Origin: Promethearchaeia archaeon
Lineage (GTDB): Archaea; Asgardarchaeota; Lokiarchaeia; Sigyniarchaeales; SOKP01
Direction: 5' to 3'
Length of the DNA stretch: 64,000 nucleotides
Assembly: GCA_029856045.1 (NCBI GenBank)
Contig: JAHQWG010000028.1
Location: 64,001 to 128,000 of the forward strand
Below the pieces are notes generated by a model, which worked only from the letters and a program-made list of their open reading frames with translations, had not been told where the DNA came from and did not search any database. Positions 20,062 to 30,961 of this stretch are shown here, one piece after another. A program made the position numbers and the translations under genes. Position 1 is the stretch's first letter, and each line of letters opens with the position of its first letter.

Positions 20062-23000
20062 TTAGAAAAAATATTCAAATACCCAGAAAACTGTAAATAA
20101 TCCAGTAGCTCCGAGTAAAATCCAGAAAAGAAGTTTAATAAACCCACTACTCAGAAATGTTATTGATTTAATGAGTATATTCCTTAACATTTTTACTTTT
20201 CCAACTGTGAAACTATCTTTATTAACAAAAAAAAGATGCTTATTTAAAAGATGCTGATTGTCCATTTGTTGAATTAACCGTTTAACTTTGTTTATCGCTT
20301 TGAATTGTTTATTTTTATCAGGAGAATTTATATGTTTAAAATTAAGAATTGTACCAATCACTTTATATTGAATATCGGTTCCATCTGGTTTTTTTTTTAT
20401 AGAGTCTTTAACAAACTTTAATAAATATTTTAAATTAACAATTTTTTCTGGATCAGGTTCCAAAAATGTTTCTGGTGCTATATATTGGATGAAGACCTTC
20501 TCGTTAAATAAATCGCTGTTAATTATTATTTCAAGATCATTATTTGACAGAGGAGGTATATGTTCTTTAATTTTTTTTAAATCAACAGCAAAGGACTTTC
20601 TGAGATTAAACCCATCACCAATATTATTAATTTGACTATTTTTTAAATATGTATAGAGTTTAAAGCAACCATTTTGATATGTTTTATCTATAAATTTTTC
20701 AATCTCTTTTTGATTTCTTTCCTTGATTTTTACTTTTACATCTTTATAAACATTCAGCACCTCATTTATTATTAATCTCTTTAATTTAATCTCTGTATCA
20801 ATTGTAAATCTCAATTTATTGAAAGTATTCTTGATTTCAAAACCATCTAAATTATAAAAACAATATTTTATCAAATGGTTTAATTTTAACTTATTTAGTC
20901 TGGTAATTTTCTTGTTTATAGATGAAGTCTTTCTTATTAAAGATTCTAAAAGTAGATTCAATTTATTATAAAATGTGATATATTTATCGGCAACTTCTTC
21001 TTCTTTGCTTATTTTTGGTTTTTTAATCGATTTTGATTCAAAATGTTGATGATAATATTCAATTGAGCCATTATAATCGTCCTTTAGAGAAGAAATAAGT
21101 TCGGAATCAAACTCACTTAGATTAATTATTGGGTTCAATTCTAATGCTTTTTTATAGTATTCAAATCCAATTTTTTTCTTCTCTTTTTTAAAATACACTA
21201 CTGCTAAATTTATCATCGCTAATAGGTTATTTGGATTATATTTAAGGGCTTTTTTGAATTTCTTAATAGCCTTTCTAAATAAGTTATTTTTGTAGTAACA
21301 GATTCCAAGATCATTTAAAATAGAAATATCGGAGGTATATATTTGAAGAGCAATTTCGAAATATTTAGCAGCGTAAGAATATCGTTTCTTATTGAAATTA
21401 GAAAAACCAGCATTACATAATTCAATTTTAAAAAATTTTATCAAATCATTTTTTAATCTACTGGATTCTAATACGTCTAAATAAGCTTTCTTTATTTGAT
21501 AATTAAGGTAATTATTAAAATTAAATCCAAGTTTCTGAAGCGTTTTTTTAAAATCGTTAATTTGACTTTTAAATCTTTTATCGTAGGTTTTAATAGGATA
21601 CTTCTCAAATTTTTTAATGTCATAATAGTCATAACTATGATAATCATAATCACGAGGATAGCGAGAATTTTCATATTTCACCATTTCAGATTTGAATTCT
21701 TGTTTAATTTTTTCTGACAAATAAGAAAGATCATCTTTAATAAGACCTTCTAAATTCTCAATTTTATTAAATTCAATTACACCTTTTTTTTTTTCCAATT
21801 TTAGGGTTTTTATTAGATCTCCAACAAAAATAGCAAAAATTGAACTTATAACAATTAAGGTTATCACTAGAGTTATAAATGGATTTAAAAAAGCATTTCT
21901 TGGATTTGAAATCCATGAAATTTCCAATATATCATTAATCCCATCCAAATCGGTATCTTTTTGATTTGGATCTGTAAAATATGTGTTAATCTCCTCCCAA
22001 TCCGATAATCCATCGCCATCTGTGTCAGAGTCATTCGGATTTGTAGTAAAATTTTCTTTTTCTAGAATATCTGCAATAGAATCTCCATCTGAATCTATCT
22101 GATATTTTAGAATATTCATATCATAACCCCCGTTGTTTGTTTTAGCGACAATATATGTATTATTTAAAGAATCAAAGGCAATTCCTCTTCCCACATTTCT
22201 CTCATCTAAACCCCATGTAACATTAGTAATCAAATTACCAGAATCACTAATTGATAAATAGATTAGATTTTTCTCAAAGCTACCATAACTAGAGGTACTT
22301 CCTGTAATATGAATATTATTTAGCGAGTCCAATTGTAAATCAAACCCATCTTCTGATTCAGTTCCACCCCAAGTTTTATTCCAAACTTGCTGACCATCAT
22401 TATCAAATTTAATAAGTAATAAATCGCTCTTATTACTTTCGCTCTGGTTATATCCAACAATATAAAGATTGTTAAGTGAATCAATAGCAATATTTCTTCC
22501 CCATCCATGTTTATTAGCATGCCACTGAGTGTTCCATTTCATATCACCAGTACTATTGAATTTTGTTAAAAATATGTCATTATTACGATTTGTTACGACG
22601 TAAAAGTTGTTATCTTTATCTAAAACAATCCCCTCAGGATTTCTAAATTCTTCTAATGTCCATTTTTTCGACCATTTTTGAGATCCCGAACTGTTAACAT
22701 ATATTATAGTTAATTCTCCATTTAATTCGCCTAAAACATAGACATTATTTAATGAATCTATAGCAATACCTCTTCCATAATCATCATACATTGAAGTCCA
22801 TGTTTTAGACCACTCAAAAATTCCCTGGTTATTAAACTTTAATAAAAAAATATCATATTTTTGATTAGTGGGTTCGGTACTCCCCACAACATAAATATTT
22901 CCATTTGAATCTATTTGCATTTCTGCTGGAAACTCATAATTTGTACCACCCCATGTCTGATTCCAAATTTGAGATCCTTTACTGTTATACTTAACTAGAA

Positions 23001-23283
23001 TAATATCATAACTACCTACACCATAACTTCGCGTGTTACCTACAATAAAAATATTATCTTCAGAATCTATATCAACATCATAAGGGTTATCAGAATAATT
23101 TCCAGGCCACTCTTTATTCCATTCAATAACGTAAGTAGGGTTATCTAAGAATATAGGATTAATGGGATTATAATAACTATGTATAAAACATGTTAACAGC
23201 AAAATTGAGGAGATTGTTAAGATGAAAAATATACTCGAATTTACTAATCTAATTATAATTTTATTAACCAAATTAATAACCAT
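20062..23283 (-). CDS. Membrane protein with SBBP beta-propeller, DxDxDG Ca-binding repeats, TM and cytoplasmic TPRs
   Basis: Repeated IAIDSxNNxYxVG...DIxLxKF...WxxTWGG units; DSDGD/DTDGDG/DTDLDG; TM; TPRs (NDLGICYY, INLAVVYF); C-terminal TM. Confidence 0.8.
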   Translation of the reverse strand: MVINLVNKIIIRLVNSSIFFILTISSILLLTCFIHSYYNPINPIFLDNPTYVIEWNKEWPGNYSDNPYDVDIDSEDNIFIVGNTRSYGVGSYDIILVKYNSKGSQIWNQTWGGTNYEFPAEMQIDSNGNIYVVGSTEPTNQKYDIFLLKFNNQGIFEWSKTWTSMYDDYGRGIAIDSLNNVYVLGELNGELTIIYVNSSGSQKWSKKWTLEEFRNPEGIVLDKDNNFYVVTNRNNDIFLTKFNSTGDMKWNTQWHANKHGWGRNIAIDSLNNLYIVGYNQSESNKSDLLLIKFDNDGQQVWNKTWGGTESEDGFDLQLDSLNNIHITGSTSSYGSFEKNLIYLSISDSGNLITNVTWGLDERNVGRGIAFDSLNNTYIVAKTNNGGYDMNILKYQIDSDGDSIADILEKENFTTNPNDSDTDGDGLSDWEEINTYFTDPNQKDTDLDGINDILEISWISNPRNAFLNPFITLVITLIVISSIFAIFVGDLIKTLKLEKKKGVIEFNKIENLEGLIKDDLSYLSEKIKQEFKSEMVKYENSRYPRDYDYHSYDYYDIKKFEKYPIKTYDKRFKSQINDFKKTLQKLGFNFNNYLNYQIKKAYLDVLESSRLKNDLIKFFKIELCNAGFSNFNKKRYSYAAKYFEIALQIYTSDISILNDLGICYYKNNLFRKAIKKFKKALKYNPNNLLAMINLAVVYFKKEKKKIGFEYYKKALELNPIINLSEFDSELISSLKDDYNGSIEYYHQHFESKSIKKPKISKEEEVADKYITFYNKLNLLLESLIRKTSSINKKITRLNKLKLNHLIKYCFYNLDGFEIKNTFNKLRFTIDTEIKLKRLIINEVLNVYKDVKVKIKERNQKEIEKFIDKTYQNGCFKLYTYLKNSQINNIGDGFNLRKSFAVDLKKIKEHIPPLSNNDLEIIINSDLFNEKVFIQYIAPETFLEPDPEKIVNLKYLLKFVKDSIKKKPDGTDIQYKVIGTILNFKHINSPDKNKQFKAINKVKRLIQQMDNQHLLNKHLFFVNKDSFTVGKVKMLRNILIKSITFLSSGFIKLLFWILLGATGLFTVFWVFEYFF

Positions 23284-23382
23284 TGAAATATAGTATAATA
23301 TCGCTTTATATTGCGTTTTTCATATATTTAAAATTACTTTATTAAATGTTAAATTTTTTTAAAATCTAAATTTGACTATATT

Positions 23383-24465
23383 TCATTTTCCTCTTAAAAT
23401 TTCAATCGTTTTATTAAAGAATCCCGATTTAATAGCTTTTAAAGTCTTTTCATTTTTTACAGCCAATAATTGTATTGGATAAAAATCAATGTTTCTGGTA
23501 TTTCTAACTCTTTGTTTTAAAAATTTTTGTATGGCAATTGAGATAGCATATTTTGAAATATCACACCCAATCCATTTGCGATTTAATCTCTGTGCCACTT
23601 GCAAAGTTGTTCCAGAACCACAAAAAAAATCAGCAATTAAATCTCCCTCATTACTTCCTATCTGGATTAATCGTTCTAATAACATCGGATGTTTTTGAGT
23701 AGGATATCCGGTCCATTCCGAAGAAGCTGGTTGAATACAGGGAATTTTCCAAACATCATCGGCTTTTTTATCATGAACAATTCTGTATTTTACATGACCA
23801 TTTTCATCCTTTACATTCTTTAAGACACCATTTACCGATTCTCGCATTAATTGCTTGATTGGTTTATCTCTTTTAAGGCGGAGCTCATTAAAAGTATAAG
23901 ATCTTCCTTTAGAATAAATTAAAATATTATCATGAGCTCTTGGAAGATTATTCTTTCCAGCTGAATATTTATTGTAGTAATACCATATAATTTCATTAAC
24001 AAATCGCTCCTTTCCGAATATTTCATCCAATATTGCCCTTATGTAATGTGAAACGTGCCAATCTAAATGTATAATAATAAGACCATTACTTGCTAAAAGC
24101 TCTTTCATTAAAATTAAACGTTCATACATCATTTGGAGATATGAATCAATATTCTTTCCCCAATTATCTTTATACCCAAATTCCTTAATTATATTTCCAT
24201 CTAACCGAATTTTTAAAATATAATTGGAACCCGTTGCAAAGGGAGGATCAATATAAATTAAATTAATTTTGTCTGTAAATTTTGAGAGTAAATAGAAAAT
24301 TACATGCTTATTATCCCCCCAAAAAAGTTTATTAGACCAGACATTAATCATTTCACCGGAAGAATTAATTGGTCTAATTAACTTTACTCTCTCAAAATTT
24401 ATGCTATTATCCTTTAATTTATTAACGTCTAAATCTTTTTTATTAGTCCAAGAGAGTCTAACCAT
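23383..24465 (-). CDS. Site-specific N6-adenine/N4-cytosine DNA methyltransferase (beta class, Mod-like)
   Basis: Catalytic IYIDPPF precedes YPTQK and the SAM-binding DFFCGSGTT. Confidence 0.9.
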   Translation of the reverse strand: MVRLSWTNKKDLDVNKLKDNSINFERVKLIRPINSSGEMINVWSNKLFWGDNKHVIFYLLSKFTDKINLIYIDPPFATGSNYILKIRLDGNIIKEFGYKDNWGKNIDSYLQMMYERLILMKELLASNGLIIIHLDWHVSHYIRAILDEIFGKERFVNEIIWYYYNKYSAGKNNLPRAHDNILIYSKGRSYTFNELRLKRDKPIKQLMRESVNGVLKNVKDENGHVKYRIVHDKKADDVWKIPCIQPASSEWTGYPTQKHPMLLERLIQIGSNEGDLIADFFCGSGTTLQVAQRLNRKWIGCDISKYAISIAIQKFLKQRVRNTRNIDFYPIQLLAVKNEKTLKAIKSGFFNKTIEILRGK

Positions 24466-24515
24466 TTTATTATTCCTAAATAGTAAATAATATTTTTAAA
24501 AATTTACATTTAAAT

Positions 24516-27500
24516 CTAATAATTGTAAGCACCTTGATTTTCGGGATAAATAAACTCGAATTTATTAGTGAGAGATTTATGATTAAGCCATTTTTTTATA
24601 TTTTTATCCCAGAGATGACAATCCAATGGATTCGGATGTTTGAATTTATCAAATAAATTATTAACAAAAAGATCTCCTTTAACTAAATCAAAAAATAAAA
24701 GATAATGTTCTATTCCAAAATAATTGAATAATTGAGTAATAATTTTCTTGAAATGATTAAAGGCGGAATCTGGTAAATAAAATTTCAAAAATAATCCATT
24801 TTCAAATTTAATTATTTTATCATCTTCTTTAAAACAATATTCCCCCTCTATTTCATAAATGAATCCATAATTAAGGAAATTAAAAATCTTAGTAATTATT
24901 TCGATTTGTTCTCGTGTCAAATTCGGTATAATTGCATAAAATTTAAATTTAAGACCTGTATTTTCTCTAAGTTTTATTTGGGGAAAAATTAATTTTTTAT
25001 TAATCAAATCTTTAATGTTGTTTAACCTTGATTTGTGTCTTAATTTTATCATATCTAAAAAATTTTGACCATTAAAATCTATGATGTTCTGGAAATCTTG
25101 GTTGATTTTTCCTTTAATATTTTTATCTTCTCTTTTAGATACATTAAAAACTTTTAAATCAATTGAAGGGTTAAAATTCTTATCAAATAGTATTTTTTGA
25201 ACAAATATTTCAAAAGTCTGGTATCCAAAATAAAAACCATCAGGGCCAATATTAAAATTAAAATTCAATATTGAAAAGATTTTTTTAACTGAAAATGATA
25301 AATATTCATCAATTTCTCTTTTACTTTTTAAAACCCAGTTCAGATATGAGAAATTGGGATTTCTTGAGGGGAAAATGTATTGAAAAAGGTATGAATTTGA
25401 ATTTTCTAATGAAGCTGTATATTTAAGATTTTTAAAACCTAATGGAAATAACATTTTCCAGTCAATTTCATTACCTTCACTTGGTTTTAAGTATAAATAG
25501 TAATTTTCTAAACCAAATGTTGAAAAATTTATAAAAAAATCAATATTTTTAATATATCTAGAATATTTGATAATAGTTGAAAGATCTTTATTCTGAGTAA
25601 GTATATCTTCAAGATTATTGTGTAAATCTCCAATATCTTTAAAAGTTTCTAAACTAGCTAATTCACTCTTTTTTGATTTTAGATTTTCGGCAAATTGTTC
25701 AAAAGATATTTTTTTAAATAAATTTTCGTTTAATTTAATAGATTCGATCTTACTTTCTCTATGATTTGAAAAAAGCTTTTGGTCTTTAACAAGAGCAATA
25801 CTATATTTAGATAGCTCATCAAAAAAATCTGGAGTATAAAAAAAATCATTATTTTCGACATCAAAAAAATCCTCAAGGCTAAAAATCGATATTAGGTACG
25901 AAGTGAGGAATTCTTTTAAAAGAATTAAATCACTCTTAAATAAATTATAAATAAAACCTAGCAAGTTTAATTTTTCTTTGTCATTTAGCTCAACACTATA
26001 TAAATGTAAATAGATATATTTTTTGCCAGTGATTATGTCAATACTTCTATTAATATTTATTCTAGGAAATATTTGTTTGAGAGCATAAATCTTTTTATCT
26101 GCAGCAATAGAATCCTTTATTATTAAAGAATAAAAAATTGGGCAAATTTTTCTGGCAGAAATAGAGGTAATTAAAAATGGAACTGCTCCTGGGGGATCAG
26201 CTTGAACAGTTTGAGTTAATCTTGTATCTATATCTTCAAATGTAATTTTCTTTATTCGATATTCCTTTAAAATTTTTTTTATTTTCTGAATTTTTGAAGA
26301 ATATAAATTTTCCGCTAATTCCTTCTTTGTTAAAATTACTCCAATCGTGTTTAGATTGAAAATTTTAAGCTTTTCAAAAACCTTTAGTAAGCGTAGGGTA
26401 TTTTGATAATTTTCTTTTTTCTTGCCATAATCAGAATATTTATTAAAATAAACAACAAATAAATTAAACACGTCTTTTTTAAGCTTAAAGAAATGATATT
26501 CAATATTTTCTTTGAATTTGGGGCCAATCCCGTTTTGTTCAATAAAATCAAATAGCATATATTCATTTTTTAGTTCTGGGTGGATTTGTAGAAGATTTTC
26601 TACGTGAATTATTAACTTTAAAATGGTAGAAATTTGTTCTTTGATATAAAAAAATCCGAATGATTTATTTAAATTAATAACATTGAGACAAATTTGTTTT
26701 AATTCCGGATTCGCATAAAAAACATTTATAATCTCTTTTAGATCCTTAATATTATTTCTCTGAGTTAATAAATAACTAAATAGATCACTTTTTACTTTCT
26801 TTAATTGTTTCCATTTTTCCTCAAAACTAAAACCAGTGGCGGAGAACCATCTAATTCTATCAAGGAGTATAATATCTAATAGATCCAATTTCTTTTCTTC
26901 TTTAGAAGCATATTTTAGAGAAGGAGAAAATATTAGATGCTCATTAAAATCTTTATCATCTCTAAGTAATAGTTTTTTATTCATAAATTTCTTTTTAAAA
27001 TAATTTAAATTAAGATAGTTTTCATGAAAATCAAATTTTAGTAGAAAAAATTTCTTGATAATCCCAAAATTTTTTAACGTTCTAAAATATTTCTTTAAAT
27101 CATCATTGTATTTCTTAGGTATAACAAAAATTCCTGTAAGTTCAATCCCAAATTTCGATTCTTGGGATCTATTTACCCAATAAAACGGTAAATGCTCTAA
27201 TATTTTTTGTATCCTATAATTTCCTAGTTGAGGGTTAAAATACAAATAACAATAAATCGTATTTAAAAAATAATAATCAGAATTTACTTGATAATTCGGA
27301 GATATCATTGAAAGCGGTAAAAAGTCCTTAAAATACTTGTTAAATTTCTTTGGAGTGAAGGTAGTTTGAATTTTATTCTCTAATGTTAATCTCTTAAAAA
27401 TATCTTTAAAATCTTTTCTTCTTATATACCGTTTTTTAATTTGAAAAATCTCAAAAATGAGGTAAAAAAATTCTAACTCATCTTCATTCTCAAAATGACC

Positions 27501-28055
27501 TTCCATTACGTTATATTTATGAATATCAGCAAAAACATCATATTCCTCATCAAGATTTATAAATAAAAATGAATATTTATGGATATAATCAAATAGAAAT
27601 TTTATATTTTTTATTATTATATTCCCAATTCTAAATCTATATCGAGCGTATAATAGATTTTTTTTAAATTTCTCTTCCCATATATCAAAATTTGGAAGTT
27701 TCCTTAAGATTTCTGAAGTAATTAATAAAATTATTATTATTAAAGTAGAATAATTTTCCAACGATTCAGGAATAAAACAATAAAAAATCTCACGTAAAAG
27801 TATAAATTTAATAATATTTTTTAAATTAAAATCTATTTCCAAAATATATCTTTCTTCCTCATGAATTCTTTTGACTCCAAAATCAATCGAAATATCTTCA
27901 AATTTTATGGAAGTATTATCTTTTATAAGTTCAATTTTATAAGGCTGGCGTAATGGATCTCTTTCTATGTGGCTTCCAATTTCACACAAAAGATAATTAA
28001 ACCAATAATTGATATTTTCTTGAGTAATTTGAGCTTCAAAATATTCTTCTAACAT
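24516..28055 (-). CDS. Large hypothetical protein with internally repeated Lrp/AsnC-like modules
   Basis: 1179-aa ORF; two similar segments (YQVNSDYYFLNTIYCYL... and FFINFSTFGLENYYLYL...). The fold assignment is inference. Confidence 0.6.
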   Translation of the reverse strand: MLEEYFEAQITQENINYWFNYLLCEIGSHIERDPLRQPYKIELIKDNTSIKFEDISIDFGVKRIHEEERYILEIDFNLKNIIKFILLREIFYCFIPESLENYSTLIIIILLITSEILRKLPNFDIWEEKFKKNLLYARYRFRIGNIIIKNIKFLFDYIHKYSFLFINLDEEYDVFADIHKYNVMEGHFENEDELEFFYLIFEIFQIKKRYIRRKDFKDIFKRLTLENKIQTTFTPKKFNKYFKDFLPLSMISPNYQVNSDYYFLNTIYCYLYFNPQLGNYRIQKILEHLPFYWVNRSQESKFGIELTGIFVIPKKYNDDLKKYFRTLKNFGIIKKFFLLKFDFHENYLNLNYFKKKFMNKKLLLRDDKDFNEHLIFSPSLKYASKEEKKLDLLDIILLDRIRWFSATGFSFEEKWKQLKKVKSDLFSYLLTQRNNIKDLKEIINVFYANPELKQICLNVINLNKSFGFFYIKEQISTILKLIIHVENLLQIHPELKNEYMLFDFIEQNGIGPKFKENIEYHFFKLKKDVFNLFVVYFNKYSDYGKKKENYQNTLRLLKVFEKLKIFNLNTIGVILTKKELAENLYSSKIQKIKKILKEYRIKKITFEDIDTRLTQTVQADPPGAVPFLITSISARKICPIFYSLIIKDSIAADKKIYALKQIFPRININRSIDIITGKKYIYLHLYSVELNDKEKLNLLGFIYNLFKSDLILLKEFLTSYLISIFSLEDFFDVENNDFFYTPDFFDELSKYSIALVKDQKLFSNHRESKIESIKLNENLFKKISFEQFAENLKSKKSELASLETFKDIGDLHNNLEDILTQNKDLSTIIKYSRYIKNIDFFINFSTFGLENYYLYLKPSEGNEIDWKMLFPLGFKNLKYTASLENSNSYLFQYIFPSRNPNFSYLNWVLKSKREIDEYLSFSVKKIFSILNFNFNIGPDGFYFGYQTFEIFVQKILFDKNFNPSIDLKVFNVSKREDKNIKGKINQDFQNIIDFNGQNFLDMIKLRHKSRLNNIKDLINKKLIFPQIKLRENTGLKFKFYAIIPNLTREQIEIITKIFNFLNYGFIYEIEGEYCFKEDDKIIKFENGLFLKFYLPDSAFNHFKKIITQLFNYFGIEHYLLFFDLVKGDLFVNNLFDKFKHPNPLDCHLWDKNIKKWLNHKSLTNKFEFIYPENQGAYNY

Positions 28056-28134
28056 ATTGCAATAGTTATTTTTCTCTAAATTCTCTTTATAATATTAGAT
28101 CTATTTTAATTTTTAAGATTTATTTTCAAAATCT

Positions 28135-29733
28135 TTATTTTTTGAAATATTCACGACATTGACATTGTTTATGTGGGATTACAGGAATTTTTATTATTTC
28201 ATAATTAAATAAATCTACAATGATAAAATGACCTTGAGATGAATTTATATAACCACATATATCATTGATAATGTTCTGCGAAATTATTGAGCCTGTAGCT
28301 ATTACAACATCTCCAATATTTCCTGTTTTTCTAAGAGAATTAAATATAGATTGTTTATTTGTCCTAAACCGCAAATATTTATCTCCAAAAATGCACCTTA
28401 AACAAGCAGTTTCCTCTGGGTAATAGTTGAATAAATCTCCAGTAGTTTGATTTACTACTCCCCAATAAAATGGTTTCTTATTTTTTATACATAGATCATT
28501 AATTAAATAGGGTGCTCCAAATAAATCAAGAGCATTTATAATATAATCACTCATCTTTATAATTTTATTAATTTCATCAATATCCCTTGGATATTCAGCC
28601 TCATTGATTTCTAATATATTTATTTCTTTAGGATAATTTATATTAATATTATGAATTTCTATATTAGCATTCGGGTTTATTTTTAATAATCTTTCTTTAG
28701 CTTTCTTAACTTTTATTTTTCCAATATCTTCTGGTGTATATAATGTTTGTCGATTTAAATTAGATAATTCAATCTTGTCATGATCTACTAAAATGAAATT
28801 ATGAACACCACTATAAATTAATCCTAGTAAAATGTTAGTTCCAATCCCACCAACACCAAAAACAACAACTCTTGCATCTCGAATTTTTTTCTGATTAATC
28901 AGAGGATGTGAAATTTGGCGATCCCATCTTTCAATATCATTATCGTTTAACATTGTATTATTTTGATTTCTAATAGTCTGCTCTATTAGTTTGTAATATT
29001 CATATTGTCTAAGAAAAATCTTTAATTTGACCTCCTTTAATTCACTTTGTTTAAAATATCTTTTTTCCACAATATTTTTTATTATCCTTTTTCTGATGTC
29101 TTCTTCACTTTTTGGAGAAACATATCCTGTTTTTATTTGTTGATCTTTTCTCAAGGATTTTTCTACCTTTCCTTTTTCAAAGAAGATCTCCTTTCCTAAT
29201 CCCTCTGGAATATTCTCTCTTAAATCTAGATCATAATATTCCAAATCTTCTAATTTATTACTGACCTTTACAAAATCTTTTAAAACACATCTAAATTTAA
29301 AATTCAGTTTATTGAGAAGATATTTCATATTTAAATTTCTTGATAATGTATTACAAGTAACCCATTCAAAACCTTTTTCTTCAATTTTTTTTATTGTTTC
29401 TGAAAAAAAATGAGTGCCGATTCCTTTTTTTCTATATTTACTCTTAATAATCACTCCCATATTAACAGATTTTGGAAATATCGGGTTAAAATCGTTTATT
29501 ACCGTATATTCACAAATACCAATAATATCTTTCTTATAATCTTTATTATTAAAGTAAATTACATTAACATAATATTTCGGATTTTTCAGTTGTTTGAAAT
29601 AGAGATTTTGGGGTATCTTAACTGCAAATGAATCGGAGTAATAATCTTCAAAAAGTTCCCATAATAAATCCCTTAATTCAAATTTTTCTTTATATTCTAA
29701 AGTTTTGAATTTTAATGAATCAATAATAACCAT
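28135..29733 (-). CDS. GNAT acetyltransferase fused to ThiF/MoeB/E1-like adenylyltransferase
   Basis: N-terminal YRKKGIG and N-x-x-M...L-x-F GNAT motifs; C-terminal WDRQI, VFGVGGIG, DHDKIELSNLNRQ, CLRC and terminal CQC. Confidence 0.85.
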   Translation of the reverse strand: MVIIDSLKFKTLEYKEKFELRDLLWELFEDYYSDSFAVKIPQNLYFKQLKNPKYYVNVIYFNNKDYKKDIIGICEYTVINDFNPIFPKSVNMGVIIKSKYRKKGIGTHFFSETIKKIEEKGFEWVTCNTLSRNLNMKYLLNKLNFKFRCVLKDFVKVSNKLEDLEYYDLDLRENIPEGLGKEIFFEKGKVEKSLRKDQQIKTGYVSPKSEEDIRKRIIKNIVEKRYFKQSELKEVKLKIFLRQYEYYKLIEQTIRNQNNTMLNDNDIERWDRQISHPLINQKKIRDARVVVFGVGGIGTNILLGLIYSGVHNFILVDHDKIELSNLNRQTLYTPEDIGKIKVKKAKERLLKINPNANIEIHNININYPKEINILEINEAEYPRDIDEINKIIKMSDYIINALDLFGAPYLINDLCIKNKKPFYWGVVNQTTGDLFNYYPEETACLRCIFGDKYLRFRTNKQSIFNSLRKTGNIGDVVIATGSIISQNIINDICGYINSSQGHFIIVDLFNYEIIKIPVIPHKQCQCREYFKK

Positions 29734-29964
29734 TGTAATATTCTCATTATAATGAATAAATGAAGTCTAAGATATTGTTATTAATTAGATGTATTAAAAC
29801 CATTTATTTTCGAAATTTTTTCTATATCTTAAGAATTTTTAATATTTTAAAGTTTTATTAAGAGTAAGAGTTTAGATTTAATTTTTTATTATTAAAAAAT
29901 TATTTAAATTCTGGTATTATATTCAAGATTAAGTTTAATAAAATAAATTTTTAAACTGATAATT

Positions 29965-30945
29965 ATGGGATTTATTTCTGGATTAAAAGAATTATTTAAG
30001 AAAGGTATTTTTGCTTTTATCTTATTATCGTTTATTCTATCTTGGTTTTTAATCTTATTCGGAATAACTTTCATTCCTTCCGCTAATTTTCAAATTTTTG
30101 CAGGATGGTTTATTGCCATTTTAATTGGATTTAATATAGTTTTATTTATCTTTTCGTTTTTTAAATCTGTTGATAAAATGGGAACAGCTCTAATAATAAT
30201 TGCATTTATAATTTCATTACCCTTATTAATTATTTTTGCTGCAATCGTTGGATTATTTTTTATATTTTGCTTCTTCGCCAATCTTATTTTAACATCATTT
30301 TTCTACTTTAAAGGTTCAATAGACTCCGCTACAAAAGTAGATGATTATTTATATAAAAAGAAAGGCTCCAGAAAAGTAACTCGAACACTAGAATTTTTAA
30401 TTTTTGGAATTCTTGATTTAGGGTTATTAATACTCACAGCTATTTTTTTTAGGAGTATAAACCCAGCAAGCTTTATCATATTCCAAATTATTTTCTATGT
30501 TAATTTAATATTAATAGGATTTGTAATATTGAGACTTTTATTTACAAAAAAATTCGCTGCATATATCACCTTATTTTTTCTATTATCATTATTTTATATT
30601 ATTTACATAATTATTGATATATTTGCTGAAATACTTTTTACCGGTCTTGGAACTTATAATTGGATTTCGTTCTTCATTGATTTGGTTCTATTTTTATATA
30701 TTATTGGGGCGATTTACGACAGAGTTGATTACTTAAAAGAAAAACTCATAATATTTAGAGCAGATACAATTGCTTTATTCGTCATAATAATTAAGCTCCT
30801 CGTAAAAATTAATGAATTATTGAATTTAGGAGCTCCACCAAATGTCACTGAAGAATTGATGGTACTATTTGTATTTATTGCCTTTAATTTGCTAATTGGA
30901 ATTTATTCGATTTTTGCTCATAAAGAGGGAAAAACTGGAAAATAA
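29965..30945 (+). CDS. Hypothetical polytopic membrane protein (tandem paralogue 1)
   Basis: Many TM helices; shares DDYLYKKK, TRTLEFL, KFAAYITLF and RVDYLKEK with the next gene. Confidence 0.75.
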   Translation: MGFISGLKELFKKGIFAFILLSFILSWFLILFGITFIPSANFQIFAGWFIAILIGFNIVLFIFSFFKSVDKMGTALIIIAFIISLPLLIIFAAIVGLFFIFCFFANLILTSFFYFKGSIDSATKVDDYLYKKKGSRKVTRTLEFLIFGILDLGLLILTAIFFRSINPASFIIFQIIFYVNLILIGFVILRLLFTKKFAAYITLFFLLSLFYIIYIIIDIFAEILFTGLGTYNWISFFIDLVLFLYIIGAIYDRVDYLKEKLIIFRADTIALFVIIIKLLVKINELLNLGAPPNVTEELMVLFVFIAFNLLIGIYSIFAHKEGKTGK

Positions 30946-30961
30946 TCATCTGGTGAAATCT

